Positions 46,883 to 55,728 of a DNA stretch of 64,000 nt are shown one piece after another. A program made the position numbers and the translations under genes. Source of the stretch: Verrucomicrobiales bacterium (GTDB lineage: Bacteria; Verrucomicrobiota; Verrucomicrobiia; Limisphaerales; SXTU01); assembly GCA_005791875.1 (NCBI GenBank), contig SXTU01000174.1, forward strand, positions 9 through 64,008. Reading direction: 5' to 3'. Below the pieces are notes generated by a model. The model was given only the letters and a program-made list of their open reading frames with translations, searched no databases and was not told the origin of the DNA. Positions within the stretch are counted from its first letter, which is position 1, and each line of letters opens with the position of its first letter.

Positions 46883-47680
46883 ATGATTTGGGCCGGTGCT
46901 TTTCCTTCTCCCCTCTGTCCGAAACCAACGGTGGAAACCACCCTCTCAATTGAAAACCTGCGCGTCGAATACCGCAGTCGTGACCTCGGCGAAACGACAA
47001 AAATCGCCGTCCATGACCTGAACCTCAAGGTCGGCCTGGGCGAGGTTTTCGGCTTTCTCGGCCCCAACGGCGCGGGCAAGACCTCCACCATGAACGTCTT
47101 GTTGGGTTTCGTGCCACCCACCAGCGGGACAGCCCGGATTTTCGGTGTGGACGTGCGCGAACCCATCGCGCGCCAGCGCATCGGCTACCTCCCCGAGCAA
47201 ACTTACTACTACAAGTTCCTCACCGCGGAGGAACTGCTCCGCTTCTACGCCGGCATATTCCAAATTCCCAGCAAGGAGACCGAGCAGCGCATTGATGGCG
47301 TGCTGAAGCTCGTCGAATTGGACCACGCGCGAAAACGCCAGATCAAGACCTACTCCAAGGGCATGCAGCAGCGCGTCGGCCTGGCTCAGGCTCTCATCAA
47401 CAACCCCGACCTCCTCATCCTCGACGAGCCAACCAGCGGCCTCGACCCCATCGGCCGCATGAAGGTCCGCGAGATCATCCAGCGCCTTAAGGGCGAGGGC
47501 AAAACCGTCTTCTTCTCCTCCCATGAACTCGGCGAGGTCGAGACCGTCTGCGACCGCGTCGCCATTCTCCACCAGGGCGAACTGAAGACCGAAGGCAGCG
47601 TCAACGACCTGCTGAAAGAACACTCCTCCAACCTGGAGCAAATCTTCCTCAAGCTCATCGGCTACTCGCCGCAGCCATGA
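46883..47680 (+). CDS. ABC transporter ATP-binding protein
   Basis: Walker A GPNGAGKTS, signature YSKGMQQRV and Walker B LLILDEPTSGLD. Start is uncertain: ATG at 46883 or GTG at 46931. Confidence 0.9.
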   Translation: MIWAGAFPSPLCPKPTVETTLSIENLRVEYRSRDLGETTKIAVHDLNLKVGLGEVFGFLGPNGAGKTSTMNVLLGFVPPTSGTARIFGVDVREPIARQRIGYLPEQTYYYKFLTAEELLRFYAGIFQIPSKETEQRIDGVLKLVELDHARKRQIKTYSKGMQQRVGLAQALINNPDLLILDEPTSGLDPIGRMKVREIIQRLKGEGKTVFFSSHELGEVETVCDRVAILHQGELKTEGSVNDLLKEHSSNLEQIFLKLIGYSPQP

Positions 47681-48453
47681 ACACCATCTGGGCGCTCGCC
47701 AAAGTCGTCGTGCTGGAAATGGTCCGGCGGAAGGACTTCTACGTGCTCTTCATCCTCACCGTGCTGCTCACCGCCACGGCGGGCAGCGTCAACCTCTTCA
47801 ACGACCGCAGCATCGTCCGCTACCTCAAGGAAATCTGCCTCCTGCTCATCTGGGCCTGCGGCCTCGTCATCGCCATCACCTGCACAGCCCGGCAAATCCC
47901 CGCCGAGCGCGAGAGCCGCACCATCTTCCCGCTCCTCGCCAAGCCCGTCACGCGCGGTCAGTTCCTGCTCGGAAAATTCTTCGGCTGCTGGCTGGCGACC
48001 GGCCTGGCACTCCTCCTGTTCTACATCTTCTTCGGCTTGGTGAGCGCCTCGCGAGACCATGAATGGCCCGTGCTGAACTATCTCCAAGCCGCGTGGCTCC
48101 ACTGGCTCATGCTCGGCATCGTCGTCGCCTTCACACTGCTCGGCTCCATCGTCTTCGCCGCGCCGTCCTCCAACGGCACCATCTGCTTCGTCAGCGCGGC
48201 CGGCATCCTGGTGCTGGGCCGCCACCTGAACAAAGTCGCCCTGAGCCTCGCCGAACCGCTCCAGTCGCTGCTCTACGCCTTCTACTTCGCCCTCCCGCAC
48301 CTCGAACTCTTCGACGCTCGCGGTCTCATCATCCACGGCTCTGAACTGATTCGATGGGACATGATCGCGCTCGCCACGCTCTACGCCGCCGCCTACGCCG
48401 CGTTCTTCCTCTTCGCCGCATGGCTCGTCTTCCGCCGACGCCCGCTGAACTGA
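47677..48453 (+). CDS. ABC-2-type transporter permease
   Basis: Six predicted TM helices. The ATG overlaps the ATPase stop (ATGA). Confidence 0.75.
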   Translation: MNTIWALAKVVVLEMVRRKDFYVLFILTVLLTATAGSVNLFNDRSIVRYLKEICLLLIWACGLVIAITCTARQIPAERESRTIFPLLAKPVTRGQFLLGKFFGCWLATGLALLLFYIFFGLVSASRDHEWPVLNYLQAAWLHWLMLGIVVAFTLLGSIVFAAPSSNGTICFVSAAGILVLGRHLNKVALSLAEPLQSLLYAFYFALPHLELFDARGLIIHGSELIRWDMIALATLYAAAYAAFFLFAAWLVFRRRPLN

Positions 48454-48454
48454 C

Positions 48455-49279
48455 ATGCACCCTGCCCTGCCAATCGCCCTTGCCCTCGCCACCGCGCTGG
48501 CCGCAGGCGGGCGCTTGCTGCTCTGGCAACAAAGTCGCACGCAGGACACCGGCTCCGTCTTCGCCCTGTTGCTGGGCGAAAGCCGCCGCGCCTTCGCCGC
48601 CCAGGTATTTCTCAAGGCCGACGCCTACTTCCACCGGGGCTTCTACCCCTCCGTCTTCGACCTCGCCCTCCCCGACGGAAAGACGCACATGGCAAAGGAA
48701 ACCGAGAGCCACAACCCTCACGAGCACACCCAGCCGCAGCACCCCAACCGCGACTGGATCGAAACCTTTGGCCGCAACTTTTACCCTTCGGAACACCGCC
48801 ACATTGAACGCCTCGGCGAGGCCCGCGAGATTCTCCCATGGCTCCGGCTCGCCGCCGAGTTGGACCCTCACCGCGTGGACCCCTACACCGTCGCCGCCTA
48901 CTGGCTGCGCGAGCGCTTGAACAAGGTCAACGAAGCCGAGGCCTTCCTGCGCGAAGGCCTGCGGGCCAACCCCGATAGCTACGAAATCCTCGGCGAACTG
49001 GGCCGTCTCTACGCCGAGAACCAGCGCGATGTCCCTCGCGCCCGCGCCGTCCAGGAACTCGCCATCGCCAAGTGGATCCGCCAGGAAGCCAGCAAACCGA
49101 GTCCCGACGTGCTCGCCTACGCCCAAATCCTCGGCCAACTCGCCGCCTTGGAGGAGAGCACAGGCAACCTTGATCGCGCCCTCGCCCACTTCACCCGCCT
49201 CAAGCGCGTCTCCCCGGCCCCCGACACCGTTCAGAAGCGAATTGACGAACTGCAGGCGAAACTGGGCCAGCCACGGTGA
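48455..49279 (+). CDS. Membrane-anchored TPR-like protein
   Basis: N-terminal TM, then helical repeats (YEILGELGRLYAENQRD.., NLDRALAHFTRLKRVSP). It starts 1 nt after the permease stop. Confidence 0.6.
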   Translation: MHPALPIALALATALAAGGRLLLWQQSRTQDTGSVFALLLGESRRAFAAQVFLKADAYFHRGFYPSVFDLALPDGKTHMAKETESHNPHEHTQPQHPNRDWIETFGRNFYPSEHRHIERLGEAREILPWLRLAAELDPHRVDPYTVAAYWLRERLNKVNEAEAFLREGLRANPDSYEILGELGRLYAENQRDVPRARAVQELAIAKWIRQEASKPSPDVLAYAQILGQLAALEESTGNLDRALAHFTRLKRVSPAPDTVQKRIDELQAKLGQPR

Positions 49280-49399
49280 GCCTTCGAGTGGGCTGGGACA
49301 CCCCACTTCAGATTTCCTCCCGAAATTCTCATGGAGTTCCGACGCCGTGAATACTGAACACTTTCCCTGCCCTCCGCGCGCGGGCACACTACTCGCCAC

Positions 49400-50572
49400 A
49401 TGCGCGAGACGCTCCGCAACTGGACGGAAACCGCCGAGACCTTCGTGCTCGAAGTCATCTTCGAGCAGCGCAAGGGCAAGCGCGCCGCCATGCTGCGCAC
49501 CGCGCTGCTCGGCCTCTCCAAGGTCTTCACGGTCCTCGTGAAGCTCCGCCTCTTCCTCTACAACGTCCGCATCCTCCGCGACGCCACGCTCGGCGTGCAG
49601 GTCATCGCTGTCGGCAACGTCACCGTCGGTGGCACGGGCAAGACACCGGTCGTCGAGAAGTTCGCGCGCGAGCTGACCGACGCCGGGCGCAAAGTCGCCA
49701 TTCTCTCTCGCGGCTATCGCTCCAACCCCGGCCCGCTCGGCCCGCGCCTCTTAAACAAGCTCCTTCTCCGCGAGGACACCACACCGCCGCGTATCGTCTC
49801 GGATGGCAAGAACCTGCTCCTCAACTCCGAGACCGCCGGCGACGAGCCTTACATGCTCGCGAGCAACTTGAAGGACGTCGTCGTGCTGGTGGACAAGGAC
49901 CGCGTGAAGGCGGGCCGCTACGCCATCGCGAAGTTCGGTTGCGACACGCTGCTGCTCGACGATGGCTACCAGTATTGGAACCTGCGCGGTCGCCGGAAGG
50001 ACATCGTGCTCGTGGACTGCCAACAGCCCTTCGGCAACGAGCACCTGCTCCCACGCGGCACGTTGCGCGAGCCGCTGTCGCACCTCGACCGCGCCGGCGT
50101 CATCTTCCTCACCAAGAGCGACGGCGACACCGCGCGCCTCCGCGCGCGCATCGCCAAGCACAACCCGAAGGCCAGCGTCGTTGAGTGCGTCCACCACCCG
50201 CTCTACTTCGAGGACGTGTTCACCGGCGAGCGGATGGACCTCAGCTTCATCAAGGGAAAGAAAGTCGCGAGCTTCAGCGGCATCGCGCAGCCGGAGAGCT
50301 TCGAGAGCAGCCTCGTGAAGCAGGGCGGGGAACTCGTCTATTCCAAGCGCTTCGCCGACCACCACCGCTTCACGCAGCAGGAAGTCCTCAACGCCATCAA
50401 CCGCGCCAAGAAGCGCCAGGCCGAAATCATCGTCACCACGCAGAAGGACGCCGTGCGCTTCCCGAAGATTGACCGGCGCGACCTCCCCATCTGCTTCATG
50501 CGGGTGGAAATCAAAATCCTCTCCGGCGCGAAGGACTTTCAGGACTGCGTCCGGCAGATTTGTTTCAAGTGA
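49400..50572 (+). CDS. lpxK: Tetraacyldisaccharide 4'-kinase
   Basis: VIAVGNVTVGGTGKTPVVEKFAREL is the P-loop, followed by ILSRGY, LLLDDGYQ and VTTQKDAVR. Confidence 0.9.
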   Translation: MRETLRNWTETAETFVLEVIFEQRKGKRAAMLRTALLGLSKVFTVLVKLRLFLYNVRILRDATLGVQVIAVGNVTVGGTGKTPVVEKFARELTDAGRKVAILSRGYRSNPGPLGPRLLNKLLLREDTTPPRIVSDGKNLLLNSETAGDEPYMLASNLKDVVVLVDKDRVKAGRYAIAKFGCDTLLLDDGYQYWNLRGRRKDIVLVDCQQPFGNEHLLPRGTLREPLSHLDRAGVIFLTKSDGDTARLRARIAKHNPKASVVECVHHPLYFEDVFTGERMDLSFIKGKKVASFSGIAQPESFESSLVKQGGELVYSKRFADHHRFTQQEVLNAINRAKKRQAEIIVTTQKDAVRFPKIDRRDLPICFMRVEIKILSGAKDFQDCVRQICFK

Positions 50573-51486
50573 TGAACGTGGGGCTCACCATCCTCGCTCG
50601 CGTCGTGGTCGCGTTCTTGCAGGCGCTGCCCCTTGAAGCCGTGGCGTGGTTGGGGCGGACGTTTGGCGCGGTGGCGTATGTGCTAGATGGGCGGCATCGC
50701 AAGGTTGCCCAGCGGAACATTGGAGAATCTTTTCCAGAGAAGTCCGCTGCCGGGGTCCGCGCGCTGGCGCGCGAGAATTTTCAGCGCATCGGCGAGAGCT
50801 TCGCCTGCGCGGTGAAGACTGCGAGCTTCGATGCCAGCGGCATCCGCGCGGTGACGGAGTTTGTGGGCGCGGAGAAGTTTCCCAAGGCGGCGGCGGGCGA
50901 GCGGCCGCGCACTGTCGTGTGTGCGGTCGGGCACTTCGCGAACTTCGAGCTGCTGGGGCGCTCGGCGTTGTGGGTGCCGGGCTACCAAGTGGCGACCACG
51001 TATCGCGGGCTGAAGCAGGCGGGGCTGACGCGCGTGATGCAGGAGTTGCGCGAGAAGTCCGGCAGCCTCTTCTTCGAGCGCCGCAAGGACGCCGACGCGC
51101 TCAAGACCGCGATGAACCGGCCCGGCATGATGCTGGGCCTCTTCACCGACCAGCACGCGGGCGACCGCGGCGTGCGGCTGCCGTTCTTCGGGCGCGACTG
51201 CTCCACGAGCGTCGCGCCGGGCGTGTTGGCACTGCGTTATGGCTGCCCGCTCTTCACGGTCATCTGCTACCGCACCGCGCCGGGCCGCTGGCGCATCGAG
51301 GTGGGGGACGAAATTCCCACGCACGCCAACGGCCAGCCGCGTTCCACCGAGGACATGGCGCGCGACATGAACCGCGCCTTCGAGGCCGCCATCCGCCGAG
51401 ACCCGGCGAACTGGTTCTGGGTGCACAACCGCTGGAAGGAAGGGAAGTGGCGCAAGGAAATGACCAATGAATCAATGAACCAATGA
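50572..51486 (+). CDS. Lipid A biosynthesis (Kdo2-lipid IVA) acyltransferase family protein, LpxL/HtrB-like
   Basis: The ATG at 50572 shares its A with the lpxK stop (TGATG). VCAVGHFANFEL carries the HX4(D/E)-type motif. The last 8 codons (..TNESMNQ) lie in a family D REP element. Confidence 0.75.
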   Translation: MNVGLTILARVVVAFLQALPLEAVAWLGRTFGAVAYVLDGRHRKVAQRNIGESFPEKSAAGVRALARENFQRIGESFACAVKTASFDASGIRAVTEFVGAEKFPKAAAGERPRTVVCAVGHFANFELLGRSALWVPGYQVATTYRGLKQAGLTRVMQELREKSGSLFFERRKDADALKTAMNRPGMMLGLFTDQHAGDRGVRLPFFGRDCSTSVAPGVLALRYGCPLFTVICYRTAPGRWRIEVGDEIPTHANGQPRSTEDMARDMNRAFEAAIRRDPANWFWVHNRWKEGKWRKEMTNESMNQ

Positions 51487-51598
51487 CCAATCAATGCCCA
51501 ATGCCCAATGGCACGCAGTCGCCAACCGTCCGGTGCGGACGCCGTTGGACATTGGGACTTGGGGATTCATTGGGCATTGGTTCATTGGGCATTGGACA
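51460..51598. repeat. REP-like element, family D
   Basis: tgaccaatgaatcaatgaaccaatgaccaatcaatgcccaatgcccaatgg ... cattgggacttggggattcattgggcattggttcattgggcattgg. Confidence 0.8.
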
Positions 51599-51614
51599 TT
51601 AACCTCCCCTTCCG

Positions 51615-52823
51615 ATGCGCTCCGCTCCACCTGCCGCTCCTCGCCGCCTCCTGGTGCGCGGCGTGAACTGGATCGGCGACGCCGTGATGACCACGCCCGC
51701 GCTGCTCCGGCTCCGCGAGGCGCTGCCGGAGACGCACATCACGCTCCTCACGCATGAGAAACTGGCGGGGTTGTGGGCGGGACACCCGGCGGTGAATGAA
51801 GTTATCACGTTCTCGCGGAAGGAAGGTGTGTTCAGCGTCGCGCGGCGGTTGCGACGTGCCGGCGACTTCCAGTCGCCGAGGGTGTCGGGTGTGAACGACG
51901 GCGACTGGAAGTCGCCGGCACGGGGTTTCGATGCCGCGCTGGTGCTCCCGAACTCCATTCGCACGGGACTGGAAGTGCGGCTCGCGGGAGTTCCACGTCG
52001 CATTGGCTACGCCGCAAGCTGGCGGAACTGGCTACTTACGGAGGCAGTGCCGTGGCGCACGGATGTGGTGAAGATGCGGAAGCGGACGGCGGAGGAAGTG
52101 CGGCGGCTCGTGGCGTCAGGTCAGGACGCGCAGCAGCGCGTCCCTGCCACGCCAAGCTCTTCGCACCACATCCTCCACTACCTCCACCTCGCCGCTGCGC
52201 TGGGTGCGAAGCCGGAGCCGCTCGCGCCGCACATCGCCGTCACGGATGCCGAGGTCGCAGCGGTGAAGGAGAAGTTTAACCTGCCCGACGGACTGTTCAT
52301 CGGGCTGAACGCCGGCGCGGAATACGGCCCGGCCAAGCGCTGGCCTGCCGATCGCTTCATCGCCACGGCGAAGGAGCTGCGTGCGCGGCTCGACTGCTCC
52401 TTCGTCATCTTCGGCGGGCCGGCTGATAACGCGCTGGCATCCGAAGTCGCCGCTGCGTTGGCCGAGCAAGCGGTCAGCGGTCAGCAGTCAGCGGTCAGCG
52501 TTACGAACCTCGCCGCCCAAACTTCACTCCGCGAATTGTGCGCCGCTCTCCGCGCGTGTCGCGTCGTGCTCACCAACGACACCGGGCCGATGCACCTCGC
52601 CGCCGCTGTCGGCACGCGCGTCGTCGCGCTATTCGGCAGCACGTCGCCCGAGCTGACCGGACCCGGCTTGCCGGGTGACTCGCGGCACATTCTGCTGCGC
52701 GGTGAAGCGGCTTGCTCGCCCTGCTTCCTGCGCGAGTGCCCGCTTGATTTCCGCTGCATGATGGGACTGTCGGTCGAGCAGGTCGTCGTTGCGGTTCAAC
52801 GGTCGGCAGCTCATCCCGCTTGA
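51615..52823 (+). CDS. Glycosyltransferase family 9 (ADP-heptose:LPS heptosyltransferase, WaaF/WaaC-like) carrying two in-frame repeat insertions
   Basis: RRLLVRGVNWIGDAVMTTPALLRLRE, LVLPNSIRTGL..AGVPRRIGY, LNAGAEYGPAKRWP and VVLTNDTGPMHLAAAVGTRVVALFGSTSP. Confidence 0.85.
   Translation: MRSAPPAAPRRLLVRGVNWIGDAVMTTPALLRLREALPETHITLLTHEKLAGLWAGHPAVNEVITFSRKEGVFSVARRLRRAGDFQSPRVSGVNDGDWKSPARGFDAALVLPNSIRTGLEVRLAGVPRRIGYAASWRNWLLTEAVPWRTDVVKMRKRTAEEVRRLVASGQDAQQRVPATPSSSHHILHYLHLAAALGAKPEPLAPHIAVTDAEVAAVKEKFNLPDGLFIGLNAGAEYGPAKRWPADRFIATAKELRARLDCSFVIFGGPADNALASEVAAALAEQAVSGQQSAVSVTNLAAQTSLRELCAALRACRVVLTNDTGPMHLAAAVGTRVVALFGSTSPELTGPGLPGDSRHILLRGEAACSPCFLRECPLDFRCMMGLSVEQVVVAVQRSAAHPA
51857..51918. 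repeat. Perfect 21-bp inverted repeat (REP-like) inside the heptosyltransferase CDS
   Basis: gccggcgacttccagtcgccg (51857-51877) and cggcgactggaagtcgccggc (51898-51918) are exact reverse complements. They encode AGDFQSP..GDWKSPA. Confidence 0.9.
52470..52500. repeat. Tandem heptanucleotide repeat, (G/A)GTCAGC x4, inside the heptosyltransferase CDS
   Basis: gcGGTCAGCGGTCAGCAGTCAGCGGTCAGCg encodes AVSGQQSAVS. Confidence 0.85.
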
Positions 52824-52862
52824 AACTGCAGGTCCGCCGTGGTCGTCTGCGTTGCGACAGCC

Positions 52863-53966
52863 ATGAAAACGATCTCCTGTTCCTTGCCCCTGATCCTTGC
52901 CCTGTCCGCACTCTCGCTGCCTAAGCCGGACGCGCCTATTGATTGGAACCGCGCAGGGCAGCTTCACCAGCGCGCGCAGCGTGGCGAGAAGCTCACGGCG
53001 GAGGAGCAGGCTTACTACGAGCGCGCCAAGGCCGCGCGAGCCAAGGGCGGCCAGTCATCTCCCAGCACGCAGGCCAAGTGGACCGGGCACATCACTCCGC
53101 TCACGGAGCTGGGCGCGGAAAAATAGAGGGGAGCGGACGGCGGGCTTTACGGTGGCGGGAAGAACGAACCACCTCCTGAGCACCTCGCAGCAGCGCAGCG
53201 CGAAGCCGCCAGGGTTCAGCCGCTCAATGCTGACGGCAAGCCGGCCAAGGACGGAAAGATCGTGCTCTTGAGCGTCGGCATGTCCAACACGACGCTGTCC
53301 TTCTCCCGCTTCAGGCAGCAGGCCGACCGCGACCCGGCGAAGTCGCCGCAGCTCATCATCGTTGACGGCGCACAGGGCGGGCAGACCGGGATGCGCTGGG
53401 CGGACTTGAAAACTCGGCTCTGGGCTGAGGTGGAGAACCGACTCCAGCGCGCAGGCGTCTCCGCCCAGCAGGTGCAGGTGATCTGGATGAAGCAGGCCGA
53501 GGCCGGGCCGGCGAACCTCGGCGAGTTTCCGCGTCACGCGCTGGTGCTCAAGACCAACCTCGCCACGAGCCTACACAACTTGAAGGCGAAGTTCCCGAAC
53601 CTCCGCATCGCCTATCTCTCCAGCCGCACTTACGGCGGCTACGCGACGACGCAACTGAACCCGGAGCCGTTTGCCTTCGGGACCGCGTTCGCGCCGCGCT
53701 GGCTGATCTAGGACCAGATCGCCGGGAAACCGGAGCTGAAATTCGACGCGGCGCGTGGACCGGTGAAATCACCGCTGCTGCTGTGTGGGGCGTATCTCTG
53801 GGCTGACGGTGCGACGCCGCGCAAGGCCGATGGCTTCCTCTACCAGAAGGATGACTTTGGCGGCGACGGCACGCATCCGACCAGCGCCGGCCAGGAAAAA
53901 TTCGCGGGCCTGCTGCTGAAATTTCTCAAGGGCGAGGCGACGGCGAAGTGGTTTCGGAAGGAATAA
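52863..53966 (+). pseudogene. Secreted SGNH/GDSL-like hydrolase gene kept in one frame but interrupted by two in-frame TAG codons
   Basis: ORFs 52839..53126, 53262..53711 and 53763..53966 share one frame. I translated the gaps (..ELGAEK*RGADGGLYGGGKNEPP..GKIVLLSVGMSNT.. and ..APRWLI*DQIAGKPELKFD..) and the only interruptions are TAG at 53124-53126 and TAG at 53709-53711. GMSNT and DGTHP fit SGNH blocks I and V. Confidence 0.7.
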
Positions 53967-54071
53967 GGAAGTGAGCCGGACACCCCTGTCCTCCGTGGCT
54001 CACGTTCGTCGCTCGTGAGTCGCGCAAAGTCCGCCGAAGGAGTGCAGGAACCGGGGACAGGAGTGTCCCCG

Positions 54072-54803
54072 CTACTTCAGCGCGGCCCAGACGCGTTGCA
54101 CGTCATCATGCGCGTCCAGTTCGTGGAGGAACTCGCCCACTTCGGCCCGCTGCGCGTCGCTGAGTTCGGGGAAACTCTTCGGCACGTAGCCCATCTCGCT
54201 CGTCACCACGGACCAGCCGTTCTTCACCAACCACTGCGAGACGGCGTGGATGGCGGTGCGGTCGGTGATGAATCGCGCGCCGGTCGCGCCCTCGCAGATG
54301 TCGTCGTTCTGCGCGGAAGAGAGCGGCTCAACCTCGTTCGCGCCGGCCTCGATGGCGGCGGCTTCGATGTCAGCACCGGGCGTTGGGTGATGCGCTTCGA
54401 CAAGACCGACGTGGTCGAAAAGGAACCTGTTGCTGCCCGTGGTGCCGAGCTGGCCCTTCTTGAAGAGCACGCGGACCTCGGGCGCGGTGCGGTTCACGTT
54501 GTCGGTCATCACCTCGACGATGACGGGCACCTTGTGCGGCGCGTAGCCCTCGAAAGCGATGTGGTCGAGGACGATCTTTTCGTCGCCGGTGCCGGAGCCT
54601 TTCTTGATGGCGCGCTCGATGACGTCGCGGTTGACGCTTTCCTTGCGCGCCTTCTCGCAGGCGGCGAAGAGGCGCGCGTTGGCGCCGGGGTCCGGCCCGC
54701 CGAGCTTGGCGGCGACCATGATTTCGCGGACGAGTTTGCCGGTCGTCATGCCCTTCTTCAGGTTGTTGACGAGGCGTTTGGCGTGTAACCACTGGCGACC
54801 CAT
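54072..54803 (-). CDS. yebC: YebC/PmpR-family transcriptional regulator
   Basis: MGRQWLHAKRLVNNLKKGMTTGKLVREIMVAAKLGGPDPGANARL is the classical YebC N-terminus. 243 aa. Confidence 0.9.
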   Translation of the reverse strand: MGRQWLHAKRLVNNLKKGMTTGKLVREIMVAAKLGGPDPGANARLFAACEKARKESVNRDVIERAIKKGSGTGDEKIVLDHIAFEGYAPHKVPVIVEVMTDNVNRTAPEVRVLFKKGQLGTTGSNRFLFDHVGLVEAHHPTPGADIEAAAIEAGANEVEPLSSAQNDDICEGATGARFITDRTAIHAVSQWLVKNGWSVVTSEMGYVPKSFPELSDAQRAEVGEFLHELDAHDDVQRVWAALK

Positions 54804-54837
54804 GCGCGGAGAATACCGGTCGGGAGGAGGGGAGGGA

Positions 54838-54906
54838 AAGTGATTAGTAATTAGTCCGAGCCGACGGTGGTGTAGCGCTGCCTTTCGGACTGAGCACTAA
54901 TCACTT
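54838..54906. repeat. REP-like hairpin, family B
   Basis: aagtgattagtaattagtccga // tcggactgagcactaatcactt. Confidence 0.8.
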
Positions 54907-54919
54907 TCCCACAGCCCGC

Positions 54920-55726
54920 TCACAGCCCGCTGAACATCCGCAGATACTTCAAGGTCACGCGAAAATCCTTTGGCCACTCGGCGGTCAGGAAGAGGGGCAG
55001 GCCCGTCGTCGGGTGCGTGATCTCGATGCGCTCGGAGTGCAAGGCGACGCGGCCCATGAGCGGGCGCTCGGTCTCGTTGAATTTGGCCCGGTAGCTGGAC
55101 TTGAGCTGAGAGAGGAAAAGCGGGCTGCCGGCGTAGGCCTCATCGCCGACGATGTGCAGACCGACGGAGCGGAGGTGGACGCGGATCTGGTGCGTGCGGT
55201 CGGTGAGCGGCCGACATTGCAACAGGGTGAAGCCACGGAACTGCTCGAGGACCTTGAACTCCGTAAGGGCCTTCTTCCCGCCCTGCGTGTCTATCCGCAT
55301 CAGGCCGGGCTGCCGCGTCTGCGGGCCGATGGGCGCGTCCACGGTGAACTCCGACTGCTCAGGCATCCCGCGCGTGAGGGTCACGTAGGCTCTCGTGACC
55401 TGGTTCGCTCCGAGTTGATTCGTGACCGCCACGAGCGCGGGCTTGGTCTTGGCCAGGAAAAGCACCCCACTGGTCTCGAAGTCCAGCCTGTGGGCGTTGG
55501 CGACATAGGCCAGACTGCGCTGCTTCGCCCAGGTCGCGCCTTGCGCTATGCTGTCGTGCAGCATCCGCATAAGGTCCGGGCGCTGCGGGTCGTTGAGGTC
55601 GGGGGAAACGAGCAGCCGCGCGGGCTTGTCAAACGCAAGCAGTTGCTCGTCCTCGAAGAGAACCGAAAGTTCCCAAGACTCCTGAGTGGCCGGGCTGGAG
55701 AGTCTGATGACAGAGCCGGCGGGCAT
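54920..55726 (-). CDS. RluA-family pseudouridine synthase
   Basis: ATG at 55726. HRLDFETSGVLFLAK is the catalytic-Asp motif, and LTDRTHQIRVHL is present. Confidence 0.85.
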   Translation of the reverse strand: MPAGSVIRLSSPATQESWELSVLFEDEQLLAFDKPARLLVSPDLNDPQRPDLMRMLHDSIAQGATWAKQRSLAYVANAHRLDFETSGVLFLAKTKPALVAVTNQLGANQVTRAYVTLTRGMPEQSEFTVDAPIGPQTRQPGLMRIDTQGGKKALTEFKVLEQFRGFTLLQCRPLTDRTHQIRVHLRSVGLHIVGDEAYAGSPLFLSQLKSSYRAKFNETERPLMGRVALHSERIEITHPTTGLPLFLTAEWPKDFRVTLKYLRMFSGL

Positions 55727-55728
55727 GG

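Noticed and set aside
53124-53711. Programmed recoding of TAG (pyrrolysine or Gln reassignment) in the SGNH-like gene.
   Set aside because: TAG terminates other well-defined genes in the window (the PpiD-like gene at 55729-55731 and pepF at 61009-61011). No pyl genes or suppressor tRNA are visible here. A pseudogene or a sequence error is more parsimonious. It is kept as a finding only for verification.
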